64,000 bases of DNA from assembly GCA_963662465.1 (NCBI GenBank), contig OY759599.1, positions 6,368,001 to 6,432,000 of the forward strand. Reading direction: 5' to 3'. The notes below the pieces were generated by a model, which saw only the letters and a program-made list of their open reading frames with translations, ran no database searches and was not told where the DNA came from. This DNA is from Desulfatiglandales bacterium (lineage in GTDB: Bacteria; Desulfobacterota; DSM-4660; Desulfatiglandales; Desulfatiglandaceae). Shown here one piece after another: positions 25,953 to 36,064 of the stretch (its first letter is position 1; the number at the start of each line of letters is the position of its first letter). A program made the position numbers and the translations under genes.

Positions 25953-27784
25953 CGTTGTTACATCCCTGGATCCTTCATTTTCTCTGGCTTTTGCCCCTTG
26001 CGGCCGTGACGTTCGTCATTGTGAACCGGAAAAGGCGTCAGGCCCTGTTGCGGTTTGCGGACCCGGCGCTCCTCAAACGGTTGATGCCGGAGGATTCCCG
26101 GGGCAGACGGGTTCTCAAGGCCGTTTTGTCCCTGCTGGCCCTGGGGTTCATGCTGCTGGCGTTGGCTGGTCCCCGATGGGGCAGCCATTACCAGGAGGTC
26201 ACCCGGAAGGGTGTGGATATTATCATCGCCCTGGATGTATCCCCCAGCATGCTGGTGGCGGATATCAAACCGGACCGGCTGGAACGGGCCAAGCGGGAAA
26301 TTACCGATTTTTTGAAGGTGGTCCAGGGGGATCGGGTGGGCTTGGTGGCTTTTTCGGGGGCCGCTTATACCCAATGCCCGTTGACGCTGGATTACGGCGC
26401 GTTGATGATGTTTTTAAATATCCTACATCCCGACCATATTCCCATTCCAGGTACGAATCTGGGGGCGGCCATTGAGGGGGCCATCTCCGCTTTTGATCCC
26501 AAAAGCGAGACCGACAAGGTGATCCTGCTCATTACCGATGGGGAGGACAATGAAAACCGGGGGATTGAGGCGGCGCGCGAGGCCGCTAAAAAGGGGATCA
26601 AAATCTTCGTGTTCGGCATGGGAGATCCGGCCGGCGGACCCATCCCCGCTTCCCGGGGGCAGGGCGGATTTAAGAAGGACGATAAAGGCGAGCTGGTCCT
26701 TAGCAAACTTAACGAGGCTGGGCTTCAGGAAATAGCTGCCATTACCGGCGGCGATTATGTTCGAAGTCTGGCCGGCGATCTGGATCTGGATCTGCTCTAT
26801 TTCGACGGCATCAAGAGCAAAACCGACGACGCCGTTCTCAAAAGCGGCAAGATCAAGGTCTATGAAGAGCGTTTTTTCATCTTTGCCCTGGCGGCATTTT
26901 TATTGCTCTTGCTGGAAGGGCTCATTGGCAATGCCAAACGAAAAATGCCGGGTCTTCCGGCGGTTTTAATCCTGCTGATGTTTTCTTCAGAGGGCGTGTG
27001 TGGGGAAGAACCGGATATCCTCTATGAACAGGGTCGGTTTGCTGAGGCGGGTCAGCTCTATTCCAGCCGGGACATGGATAATCCCAAGGATATCCGATAC
27101 CGTTACAACCGGGGATGCGCCGATTACCAGACCTCCGATTACAAGGGGGCCATGGCGGCGTTTGCAAGCGTATTGAAGCGCACCGATGATCCCGGCACGC
27201 AGTTCAAGGCGGCTTTCAATCTGGGCAACGCCGCTTTTAAACAGGGGGATTTGGCATCGGCCAGGAGCTACTATAAACAGGCCATCGGGTTGGATCCCCA
27301 AAACGAAAACGCACGTTTTAACCTGGAGCTGACCCTCAAGGCATTGGAAAAGAAGAAAAAGCAGGAAGAGGAGCAGAAAAAGAAGGATCAGCAACAGGAT
27401 CAGCAACAGAATCAGAAGAAAGAAAATAAAGAGGGCGAGAACTCAGAAAGCCAAAAGAAGCCTTCGGATGATCCTTCACCGGAAAAACAGCCGTCGCAAA
27501 ACAACCCTCCCCAGGAAAAGGAACCGGACCCACAGAAAAGCCCGGAGCCGAAAAAGGAGGGGGATTCCAAAAAAGAAGCCCAATCGCAGGATGTGGGTTC
27601 TCAGGAACCCCAACAGAAGACTGCGCCCGAGGCTCAGGAACCGCAGCAAATCCCCGTTTCCCAAATTCAGAAACAGAAGGCCGAGGCCCTGCTGGACAAT
27701 ATTCAAGAGGATCGCGCACGATTTATGAAATTCCAGGTTCCGGAAGGTAACGTCAGGGGAAATCTGTCGGGAAAGGACTGGTGA
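25949..27784 (+). CDS. BatB/BatC-like VWA + TPR fusion
   Basis: DVSPSM, ITDGED, TPRs, Q/E/K-rich linker, C-terminal KDW. Confidence 0.85.
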   Translation: MTLLHPWILHFLWLLPLAAVTFVIVNRKRRQALLRFADPALLKRLMPEDSRGRRVLKAVLSLLALGFMLLALAGPRWGSHYQEVTRKGVDIIIALDVSPSMLVADIKPDRLERAKREITDFLKVVQGDRVGLVAFSGAAYTQCPLTLDYGALMMFLNILHPDHIPIPGTNLGAAIEGAISAFDPKSETDKVILLITDGEDNENRGIEAAREAAKKGIKIFVFGMGDPAGGPIPASRGQGGFKKDDKGELVLSKLNEAGLQEIAAITGGDYVRSLAGDLDLDLLYFDGIKSKTDDAVLKSGKIKVYEERFFIFALAAFLLLLLEGLIGNAKRKMPGLPAVLILLMFSSEGVCGEEPDILYEQGRFAEAGQLYSSRDMDNPKDIRYRYNRGCADYQTSDYKGAMAAFASVLKRTDDPGTQFKAAFNLGNAAFKQGDLASARSYYKQAIGLDPQNENARFNLELTLKALEKKKKQEEEQKKKDQQQDQQQNQKKENKEGENSESQKKPSDDPSPEKQPSQNNPPQEKEPDPQKSPEPKKEGDSKKEAQSQDVGSQEPQQKTAPEAQEPQQIPVSQIQKQKAEALLDNIQEDRARFMKFQVPEGNVRGNLSGKDW

Positions 27785-27785
27785 C

Positions 27786-29555
27786 ATGAAAAAGACGGCG
27801 TGTTTCCTGCTTATCCTGTTTGCTTTTCTGTCGAGCGCCTGGCCGGTATGGGCTCAGGTTTCGGTGACCCTCACCCTGGATCGCCGGGAAGCCACTCTTA
27901 CGGATGCCATTCGTCTTGAAGTCAGCGTATCCGGGACCCGGCGAAGCGATGCCCCCCCCGTTATTGCCGGATTAGAGCCTTTTCATGTGACAGGCGGCGG
28001 CAGCGCCAGCCGGGTCGAGATCATTAATGGTCGATATAATTCCAGCGTGGACTATACCTATTATCTTCAGCCTAGGGAAGAAGGGGTGTTTTCGGTGGGG
28101 CCTGCGAGGGTTAAGGTGGATGGAAAACCGGCCCAAAGCAATCTTGCCACCCTGAAGGTGGTGCGGGGCGGCGACGTATCTGGAGATGACCGAGGGCCAG
28201 TCTTTCTGACGGCGACCTTGTCCGGTCAAAAGGTTTATGTGGAAGAGCAGGCGCCCTATACCCTGAAGTTGTACCTGCGTGCCAATGTCAGCGATATTTC
28301 TCTGGATCTGCCTGAGACCGATGACCTTACTTTCCGGCAGCTGGAAAAACCGAAGGAGTACCAGGGGGTTTACCATGGCGTCTCCTATCGAATTCTGGAG
28401 GTGCGTTATGCGGTAATGCCCCTTAAAACCGGGAGTTTTCATATTCCGCCGGCGCGCATGGGGTTGACGGTTTACAGCGCCCAACAGAAATCTCCCCGGA
28501 GCCTGTTTGACGATCCGTTTTTTGGCGGTGCTTTGAGGACCGGGCGACCCATGACCGTTTCCAGCGAGCCCCTTGCGCTCGATGTCTTGCCTTTTCCCGA
28601 AAAAGGAAGGCCCATGGATTTTAGCGGACTGGTGGGTGTTTTCACCATTCGAGCAGACCTCTCCGCATCCAAAATTTGCGTGGGAGAATCGACGACCCTC
28701 ACCGTTCATGTCAGTGGCAAGGGGAATGTGAATCGGTTGCCGGACATGGAAATGCCCTTATTGGAACATCTGAAAGTGTATGCGGATGAGCCGGTTTTTG
28801 AAACCAATGCCGGGGCTGATGGGTTGACGGGCTCAAAGACTATGAAGTGGGCGCTGGTGCCGGGCAAAGAAGGGATGTACCGGATTCCAGCCTTTACGGT
28901 CAGCTATTTTGATCCCAAGGCCTGTGTTTACTTGACCGAAAAGACGCAACCTCTGATGCTGGAGGTTCTTCAGGGAGAAGCGAAACCGGGCGAGGGGAAC
29001 CCCCAAAGTGTGAAACCGAAAGAACAGGCACCTCCTTCCAAGCAGACGGTCAAAGAGATTGGCCATGATATTCTGCCTATTTACACGGCAGTGTCGGGAA
29101 TCAAGGGTGGGTCGTGGCTTAAAACCGATGAGATTGGGTACGGAAATCTGTTTGTCTGGATCATTCTCTTGGGTCCGTTTCTGATTTATGTGAGCATCTT
29201 ATTGGGGTTGCGGGCACAAAAGAAGTCCGAGGCCGCCATTGGCATACAGAGGGCCAGAAAGGCTGCCGGCGTTTTCCTGAAGGCGTGCCGTCATGAAGAA
29301 AAAGACGCCAATGGGATGACGATGGCCATCCGGGATTACATCAATGATCGGTTTCAATTATCCCTGGGGTCAGTGACCCCTGCCGATGTACCCGGCCTGT
29401 TAACGGCAAGAGGGGTCCGCGAACAGACCGCCGCCAGGCTTCAGAAGGTGCTGGCGCAGCTTGAAGGACGGATCTACACAGGCCGGGAATCGGCATGCGG
29501 ACCCGTACACCAGGATATCCTGGAAATCATCAAACAGATTGAAAAGGAGATTTAG
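27786..29555 (+). CDS. batD: BatD-family protein
   Basis: IINGRY.SS, FSGLVG.F, G.GN; operon position. Confidence 0.8.
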   Translation: MKKTACFLLILFAFLSSAWPVWAQVSVTLTLDRREATLTDAIRLEVSVSGTRRSDAPPVIAGLEPFHVTGGGSASRVEIINGRYNSSVDYTYYLQPREEGVFSVGPARVKVDGKPAQSNLATLKVVRGGDVSGDDRGPVFLTATLSGQKVYVEEQAPYTLKLYLRANVSDISLDLPETDDLTFRQLEKPKEYQGVYHGVSYRILEVRYAVMPLKTGSFHIPPARMGLTVYSAQQKSPRSLFDDPFFGGALRTGRPMTVSSEPLALDVLPFPEKGRPMDFSGLVGVFTIRADLSASKICVGESTTLTVHVSGKGNVNRLPDMEMPLLEHLKVYADEPVFETNAGADGLTGSKTMKWALVPGKEGMYRIPAFTVSYFDPKACVYLTEKTQPLMLEVLQGEAKPGEGNPQSVKPKEQAPPSKQTVKEIGHDILPIYTAVSGIKGGSWLKTDEIGYGNLFVWIILLGPFLIYVSILLGLRAQKKSEAAIGIQRARKAAGVFLKACRHEEKDANGMTMAIRDYINDRFQLSLGSVTPADVPGLLTARGVREQTAARLQKVLAQLEGRIYTGRESACGPVHQDILEIIKQIEKEI

Positions 29556-30347
29556 GTGAAAAATCGTTCGCTGTTGCCTATCCTGCTCTTTTTGGTTTCC
29601 GTTTTGTTGGGGCCGGCGGTCTCCCTTGCCGATAACTTGGGGGATGGGCGCGACAGTGGGTGGGAGGAAACTTTCTTCAAGGCCAATGAGGCTTACCGGG
29701 AAGGCCGGTTTCAAGCGGCGGTTGATGGTTATTTACGGGTGATTCGCCAGGGCCACGATGGGCCCCGGATCCAGTACAATCTGGGAAACGCCTATTTCAG
29801 GATAAATCAGGTGGGTCGGGCCATTCTGGCCTATGAGCGGGCCCATGTCTCCATACCCCGGGACGCCGATCTCAACTTTAACCTGGCCCATGCGCGGGAC
29901 CAGGTGATGGATGCGATCCCGCCATCCAGGGGGTTTTTCAATATGGCGTTGTTCTGGTTGCCGTCCGTCAGCCTGGTGGAGCTGTTCTGGTGTTTTGCCT
30001 TCCTGAATCTGGTGTTTTGGGCGGCGCTTTTGATTCGGCTGTTTCATCGATCCGAATGGCTTTTCTATGTGTTGCTTCTGGTGTTGACCCTCTGGTCCCT
30101 GACGGGCCTCTCACTTGGAATGAAATGGGCACAAATTTATCATGACGATCGAATCGTCGTTTTGCAGAAAGAAGTGGATGTCCTGGCGGGTCCCCATGAG
30201 GGCGATACCCTCCTTTTTAAACTCCACGAAGGGGCTATTGTGGCCCAGGAGCGGGCAGAAGATGGATGGTGCCTCATTCGCCTGCCGGACAAGAAGCGGG
30301 GTTGGCTGCGTTCGGAAGCTGTGGAACTGATTGATTCCAAAATATAG
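29556..30347 (+). CDS. BatE-like TPR/SH3 protein
   Basis: YNLGNAYF...AILAYERA, LFKLHEG...GW. Confidence 0.8.
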   Translation: MKNRSLLPILLFLVSVLLGPAVSLADNLGDGRDSGWEETFFKANEAYREGRFQAAVDGYLRVIRQGHDGPRIQYNLGNAYFRINQVGRAILAYERAHVSIPRDADLNFNLAHARDQVMDAIPPSRGFFNMALFWLPSVSLVELFWCFAFLNLVFWAALLIRLFHRSEWLFYVLLLVLTLWSLTGLSLGMKWAQIYHDDRIVVLQKEVDVLAGPHEGDTLLFKLHEGAIVAQERAEDGWCLIRLPDKKRGWLRSEAVELIDSKI

Positions 30348-30364
30348 AAAGGAGCGTAAACAAT

Positions 30365-30613
30365 ATGGAAAATAGCGTAGATTCAATCTCGAAAGATATG
30401 ACTATTGAAGAAGCCTCAGAATTTTGGGAAACCCATAGCGTTGCTGATTATCCTTCTCGTGTTGTTCAATTTAAGTTCAAACAGGAAGGGGATGTGAATT
30501 TTATCGCTGTTGCCAACGATCTTATGCGTCAGTTGGAAAAACGAGCAAAAAAAACCGGCGTATCAATAGAAACATTGGTCAATTTGTGGATTCAGGAAAG
30601 GCTTGCGGCTTGA
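30365..30613 (+). CDS. Orphan CopG/BrnA-like antitoxin
   Basis: EEASEFWETHSVADY...GVSIETLVNLWIQE; no toxin upstream. Confidence 0.75.
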   Translation: MENSVDSISKDMTIEEASEFWETHSVADYPSRVVQFKFKQEGDVNFIAVANDLMRQLEKRAKKTGVSIETLVNLWIQERLAA

Positions 30614-30681
30614 AATTCAACATTATTGCCCTCACCTAAAACCTAGCCAAAGATATTTAAAATTTTTAAAAACAAATATCC

Positions 30682-30748
30682 AATATCGAACAAGGAATAT
30701 CGAATTATGAAGTTTTCCTTCGACATTCATTATTCCTTGTTCGACATT
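30682..30748. repeat. Intergenic palindrome between convergent genes
   Basis: AATATCGAACAAGGAATA ... TATTCCTTGTTCGACATT. Confidence 0.75.
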
Positions 30749-30834
30749 CCGCAGTCCAAAAAAGTCCTCGAATACAAAGTGTCACAAATGCGAGAGATAA
30801 ATTCTCAGAATGAAATTGTAAGAATCTAATCTTT

Positions 30835-31905
30835 TTAAAACCGTTCAACCCATCCATATGGATCAGGTTTTTGACCGTACTGGATCGCCACGATTTCGTC
30901 ATAGAGCTTCTGGCTCAACTCTCCCATTTTGCCGCCGGCCACCACGTAATCTTTGCCTTTGAAGGTGATCTGGCCCACCGGAGAAATCACGGCTGCCGTA
31001 CCGGTGCCGAATGCCTCTTGAAGTCTGCCGTCTTCGGCCGCTTTAATCACTTCATCAATGGCAAGCGACCTTTCCGTTACTTTGAGGCCCCATTCTTTTA
31101 CAATTCGGATGACGGAATCCCTTGTAACGCCGGGCAGAATGCTGCCGTTCAACGGCGCGGTGATCACTTCATCGTCAATGCGGAAAAACATATTCATGGT
31201 GCCCACTTCTTCAACGTATTTTCGTTCCGCTGCATCCAGCCAAAGCACCTGGGTGAACCCCTTTTTCTTGGCTTCTTCGGCTGCCAGAAGACTGGCCGCA
31301 TAATTGGCTGCCGTCTTGGCTTCGCCCGTGCCGCCGATTGCCGCCCGAACAAAAAAGTCCTCCACATAGATTTTAACCGGGTTCAGACCTTCTTTATAAT
31401 AGGCGCCGACCGGTCCGATGATAATGAAGAATAGATAGGTGTTGGATGGGCGAACGCCCAGATGCGGTTCAGTGGCAATCATGGTGGGTCGAATGTACAA
31501 TGAGGTTCCGGGGCTCCTTGGAATCCAATTTTTATCCAGAAGGATCAATTGTTTCATGCCTTCCATGACCGTGGGGATATCCACCCGGGGCATGCAGAGC
31601 CGGTCAGCAGACCGATTGAGACGATCAAAATTTTCCTTGGCCCTGAAAAGTCCGATACTGCCGCCTTCCATGGCGTAGGCTTTAAGCCCTTCAAATATTT
31701 CCTGACCATAATGGAGGCTCATGGCGGCCGGATCAATGGCCAGAGGGCCATAAGGTTCAATTCGAGGATTAAACCATCCTTTTGAGGCTTCATAATTTAT
31801 CAAGAGCATGTGATCCGTTGTGATATCCCCGAACCCGAGTTGGGATTCATCAACCGGTTTTGTTTTTAGCCGGTCAGGCGTTGCCGCCGTAATTTTTATG
31901 TTCAT
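30835..31905 (-). CDS. ilvE: Branched-chain amino acid aminotransferase
   Basis: LHYGQEIFEGLKAY, YIRP, EEVGTMN, ILPGVTR, GTAAVISP. Confidence 0.95.
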   Translation of the reverse strand: MNIKITAATPDRLKTKPVDESQLGFGDITTDHMLLINYEASKGWFNPRIEPYGPLAIDPAAMSLHYGQEIFEGLKAYAMEGGSIGLFRAKENFDRLNRSADRLCMPRVDIPTVMEGMKQLILLDKNWIPRSPGTSLYIRPTMIATEPHLGVRPSNTYLFFIIIGPVGAYYKEGLNPVKIYVEDFFVRAAIGGTGEAKTAANYAASLLAAEEAKKKGFTQVLWLDAAERKYVEEVGTMNMFFRIDDEVITAPLNGSILPGVTRDSVIRIVKEWGLKVTERSLAIDEVIKAAEDGRLQEAFGTGTAAVISPVGQITFKGKDYVVAGGKMGELSQKLYDEIVAIQYGQKPDPYGWVERF

Positions 31906-32003
31906 CTTTCTCTCCTTTTGATCTCAAATCGCGGAACGGATGACTCATAACACATGCCGCGGACAAACACAAGCCGACCTAGGCCAAAAAAAACTGATAA
32001 CAG

Positions 32004-32089
32004 TTCACAGGGTGCAGTTGTCAGGGTGCAGAAAAATCAGCTTCGAATTATATCCTGCCCCCTGACAACTGTCCTCTGCCCCCTGTGAA
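32004..32089. repeat. Inverted repeat built of heptamer units
   Basis: TTCACAGGG..CAGTTGTCAGGG ... CCCTGACAACTG..CCCTGTGAA. Confidence 0.7.
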
Positions 32090-32103
32090 GATAACGCCTT
32101 GAA

Positions 32104-33213
32104 TTAAATTTTAATCAACTCATATTTTCGACTGCCAAGTCCGATATGTTCGCCGTGATCCAGTTGAATGGTCCAGTCAATTTTGGGATATACCGCACGG
32201 AATTTATCTTCCCCCGATTTTAGACCTTCCTTGAGGCAGCTTCCCACGACCGCGACCTGATGGTTGACCAGATCCGCGGAAGCCTGATCAATGGCGATGG
32301 GATCTTTTGAGGCCACAATTCCCACATCATGGACAATGGCTGCATCGCTGTGTCCGTAACAGTCACAGGCCGGAGAAATATTCGTCAGGAAATTCAGAAA
32401 AAAGGCTTTTTGATCTTTCCCCTGGAGGACGGCCAGGGTGTATTCCGCCATCTTTTTTTGAAAAAGCGGAATATCCGCATTCCAATTGACATCAATGGCG
32501 CCGTTAGGGCAAATGAGAATGCATTCGCCGCATCCCACGCATTTTTTGGGATCGATGAATGCTTTTTCTTCCTTCAAGGAGATGGCCTTGCTGGCGCAAT
32601 GCTGAACGCATTCACCACACCCCACGCATTTTTTCTTTTTAACCTTTGGGGATAAATCAGAGTGCTGGGCCATTTTCCCCTTTCTCGACGCACATCCCAT
32701 GCCCAGATTCTTGAGGGTTCCGCCAAATCCGGTAAGTTCGTGTCCTTTGAAGTGGGCCACGCTGATCAAAGCATCCGCTTCTACGATGTCCTTTGCAATA
32801 AAGGCTGTTTTGATATACTCTTGATCAATTTTAACCCTCTTAAAGGAAGCGCCCCGGATCCCGTCCGCGATAATGATGGGCGCGTTTACCACCGAGTAGG
32901 CGAACCCGTTTAAAACGGCGGTATGCAGGTGTGAAACGCTGTCGCTTCTTGTTCCCGCATAGAGTGTGTTGGCGTCGGTTAAGAAAGGGATTGCCCCAAG
33001 TCCTTCAACTCGATCCACGATCGTCCTGAGGAAGTTGGGGCGAACAAAAGCGGCATTCCCCTTTTCGCCGAAATGCAATTTAATGGCTGTAAGGTTCCTT
33101 TCAGCCACCACATCGTCCATGCCCGCTGTTTCCATAAGCCTGTTTAACTTCATAAAGATATTCTCTTTAAAAGAAGTTCTGAGGTCCGAAAAATATACTT
33201 TGCTCATTGCCAT
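32104..33213 (-). CDS. DUF362 domain protein with 2x[4Fe-4S] ferredoxin
   Basis: IKLHFGE.GN, HFKGH..GFGG..KN, two CxxCxxC motifs, SPACDC. Confidence 0.85.
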   Translation of the reverse strand: MAMSKVYFSDLRTSFKENIFMKLNRLMETAGMDDVVAERNLTAIKLHFGEKGNAAFVRPNFLRTIVDRVEGLGAIPFLTDANTLYAGTRSDSVSHLHTAVLNGFAYSVVNAPIIIADGIRGASFKRVKIDQEYIKTAFIAKDIVEADALISVAHFKGHELTGFGGTLKNLGMGCASRKGKMAQHSDLSPKVKKKKCVGCGECVQHCASKAISLKEEKAFIDPKKCVGCGECILICPNGAIDVNWNADIPLFQKKMAEYTLAVLQGKDQKAFFLNFLTNISPACDCYGHSDAAIVHDVGIVASKDPIAIDQASADLVNHQVAVVGSCLKEGLKSGEDKFRAVYPKIDWTIQLDHGEHIGLGSRKYELIKI

Positions 33214-33373
33214 TTCTTTTCCTCCCGTTGGAATATTTGGCTTAAACCACCCATAACCGGAGACCGGATTTTTCATTGACAAAGGTACGGTACTGGATTA
33301 TTTGTTTATACTCAAGTTTTATAGTGAGTCTATTTTTTTGATGGATGGCATACACATCCGAGAAGATAACAGA

Positions 33374-33994
33374 ATGAACGGAAAAGCTTTTTTTGCCGGT
33401 TTTGTGGTTGTGGCGCTCCTGTTAGCTTCCTTTGTGGACGGTTTTGCTGAGGAGCCCAAGAGCATATTGAGCATCGAAGCTTATGATATGCTGAATACGG
33501 TTCCCGACACTTACCTCATTGATGTGAGGACAAGGGCGGAGTACCAGCTTGTGGGTCACCCCATCAACGCCTATTTGTTCCCGTATGTGTTCTGGGCCGC
33601 CAAACTCGACAAAGCGGGCGATCGGTACGAATATGGCATGGATAGGAAGAACAGAGCGTTTCTAAAGGAGGTTGGCAAGGTATTCAAGAAGACGGACAAT
33701 TTATTGATTCTGTCGAGGGATGGGACGATAGGCGCGCTTGCGGCAAAAGAACTCTTGGATGCCGGGTTCAAAAAGGTTTATGAAGTTGAAGATGGCTTTG
33801 AAGGTTCCGAATTTCCGGTTTTTAAGGATAGCCATAAGAACAAGTTTTACCGTCAGCTTGCAAAAAGAAATAAAATTTACAGTTTTAACCACCGACGACA
33901 CTATGGGTGGCAATGGTGGGGGCTCCCCTGGACCTATGATATAGATCCGAAGTTTGTATATCCTCCGGATCTGGCGCCATCTGAAAGGAATTAG
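33374..33994 (+). CDS. Exported rhodanese-like protein
   Basis: Signal peptide, LIDVRT.AEY..GH, GFEG, GW...GLPW. Confidence 0.75.
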   Translation: MNGKAFFAGFVVVALLLASFVDGFAEEPKSILSIEAYDMLNTVPDTYLIDVRTRAEYQLVGHPINAYLFPYVFWAAKLDKAGDRYEYGMDRKNRAFLKEVGKVFKKTDNLLILSRDGTIGALAAKELLDAGFKKVYEVEDGFEGSEFPVFKDSHKNKFYRQLAKRNKIYSFNHRRHYGWQWWGLPWTYDIDPKFVYPPDLAPSERN

Positions 33995-34059
33995 GGAGGC
34001 AAAAATGGATTCTCAAGCGCTGGTTGATTTGATGAACCAGGTAGAAGAAAAGGAGGCGA

Positions 34060-34386
34060 ATGATGGTGGATATATTGCACGTTACGGATGCGGATTTTGA
34101 GCAGGAAATAATCAAGTCGGAAATCCCGGTGATGGTTGATTTCTGGGCGGAATGGTGTGGTCCCTGTAAAATAGTTGGGCCAACGGTGGAAGAATTGGCA
34201 AAGGACTACGCAGGCAAGGTGAAGATTGCCAAAATGGATGTGGATAAAAACCGTGAGACCCCGACGCGTTTCGGTATCCGGAATATTCCTACCCTCATTC
34301 TTTTCAAAAACGGCGAAGTGGTGGAAACCATTGTGGGGGCACATCCCAAGAGCCACCTGGAAGAGGAATTAAATAAGCTCCTCTAA
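34060..34386 (+). CDS. trxA: Thioredoxin
   Basis: WCGPC. Confidence 0.95.
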   Translation: MMVDILHVTDADFEQEIIKSEIPVMVDFWAEWCGPCKIVGPTVEELAKDYAGKVKIAKMDVDKNRETPTRFGIRNIPTLILFKNGEVVETIVGAHPKSHLEEELNKLL

Positions 34387-34417
34387 GAAATGATCGGACA
34401 AGGAGTCGGAAGATACA

Positions 34418-35332
34418 ATGGAAGATCTTATTATCATCGGTGCCGGACCGGCGGGTCTCACGGCGGGTTTATATGCGGCAAGGGCTCGTCTTAAAACTGT
34501 TTTGCTTGAAAAACTGGCGCCCGGAGGCCAGATTCTGACCACGGACTGGGTTGAAAATTACCCCGGTTTTCCCGAGGGTCTCTCCGGCTATGACTTGGTG
34601 GACCGAATGAAGCGTCAGGCTGAACATTTTGACCTGAAAATTCAGGGAGACGAGGTCGTCCGGTTGGAATTGACGCCTGAAAAAAAAAGGGTTGTCACGA
34701 ATAAAGGGGTCCTGGAAACAAAGGCCTTGATCCTGGCCACCGGTGCATCGCCCAGAAAACTGGGGATCGAAGGTGAAGGCCTTCTCACGGGAAAAGGCGT
34801 CTCTTATTGTGCTACCTGCGATGGACCTTTTTACAGGGATCAGGCGGTTGCGGTGATCGGCGGCGGTGATACCGCCGTGGAAGAGGCGCTGTTTCTCACC
34901 AAATTCGCCAGCCGGATTCACCTGGTACACCGACGGGATGCGCTGAGGGCTACAAAATTGCTTCAGGAGCGTGCCGCGGCCGCTGAAAAGGTGGCCTTCG
35001 TATGGGACTCAGTGCCGACCCGAATTCTGGGGCAGGCAGGCGTCGAAGGGGTTGAACTCAAAAATGTGAAAACCGGGGAATTGTCCATCCTTCCCGTTGA
35101 AGGGGTTTTTGTATTTATCGGTTATAATCCCAGCAATGATCTGGTTGTGGACCTCCCGCTTAATTTTGATACTTTAGGTTTCATAGAAACGGACCCCAAC
35201 ATGGAAACATCTATGCCGGGTGTGTTTGCGGCGGGCGATATTCGATCAAAACTGCTGCGGCAGGTCAGCACGGCGGTAGGCGATGGCGCCACGGCCGCTT
35301 TTGCCGCTGAAAGGTATATTGAAGGTCTTTAG
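34418..35332 (+). CDS. trxB: Thioredoxin reductase
   Basis: GAGPAG, CATCDG, GGGDTA. Confidence 0.95.
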   Translation: MEDLIIIGAGPAGLTAGLYAARARLKTVLLEKLAPGGQILTTDWVENYPGFPEGLSGYDLVDRMKRQAEHFDLKIQGDEVVRLELTPEKKRVVTNKGVLETKALILATGASPRKLGIEGEGLLTGKGVSYCATCDGPFYRDQAVAVIGGGDTAVEEALFLTKFASRIHLVHRRDALRATKLLQERAAAAEKVAFVWDSVPTRILGQAGVEGVELKNVKTGELSILPVEGVFVFIGYNPSNDLVVDLPLNFDTLGFIETDPNMETSMPGVFAAGDIRSKLLRQVSTAVGDGATAAFAAERYIEGL

Positions 35333-35344
35333 ACCTGGATTGTG

Positions 35345-36064
35345 ATGATGAGAATCAAGCGGTTAAAATGGGTGTTGTTGATCATTTGCGGGCTTTTTCT
35401 TCTGAGCGGCTGTTCTCTGTGGCATAGTTTGTTCGGGTCGGAGGATGAACCGACCCCCGCCGAGATTATGAGCGAGGCCATGGAGGATTTTAATGAGGGT
35501 CGATTCGAAAAAGCCGTTGAGACGTTTCAAAAAATCAAGGACCGCTATCCTTACAGCACCTTCGCCATCACCGCGGAGCTGAAAATGGCCGATGCCCTTT
35601 ACGAGCGGGGGCAGTATGACGAAGCCCGTGATGAATACGCCGAATTTGAAAAAATGCATCCCAGAAATAAAAATGTCCCCTATGTCCTCTATCAGCAGGG
35701 GATGTGTTATTTCAACAAATCATCGTCCATTGACAGGGATCAGTCCAATACGCTCAAGGCCAGGGAAGAGTTCGAGCGGCTGATTAAACGGTTCCGCAAA
35801 AGCGACTATACGGAGCAGGCTCGCAGAAAGGTCCGGGAGTGCTATGTCAAGCTGGCGGAACATGAACTTTATGTGGGGGATTTCTACTTTAAAAAAGGCA
35901 AATACAAAACCGCCATGGACAGGTATCTTTACCTGATTGCCCATTATCCCGATGTGGGCCAATATTACCAGGCCCTTGAATCCGTTAAAAAATGCAAGGA
36001 CAAAATCAAGGCATTAAACGGGTCTGAAGAAACCTCCTGGCTGGATGGTTTCCTATACGAGTAG
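35345..36064 (+). CDS. bamD: Outer membrane assembly lipoprotein BamD
   Basis: LSGC lipobox, RYPYS, DRDQ, LAEHE.YV..FY. Confidence 0.85.
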   Translation: MMRIKRLKWVLLIICGLFLLSGCSLWHSLFGSEDEPTPAEIMSEAMEDFNEGRFEKAVETFQKIKDRYPYSTFAITAELKMADALYERGQYDEARDEYAEFEKMHPRNKNVPYVLYQQGMCYFNKSSSIDRDQSNTLKAREEFERLIKRFRKSDYTEQARRKVRECYVKLAEHELYVGDFYFKKGKYKTAMDRYLYLIAHYPDVGQYYQALESVKKCKDKIKALNGSEETSWLDGFLYE

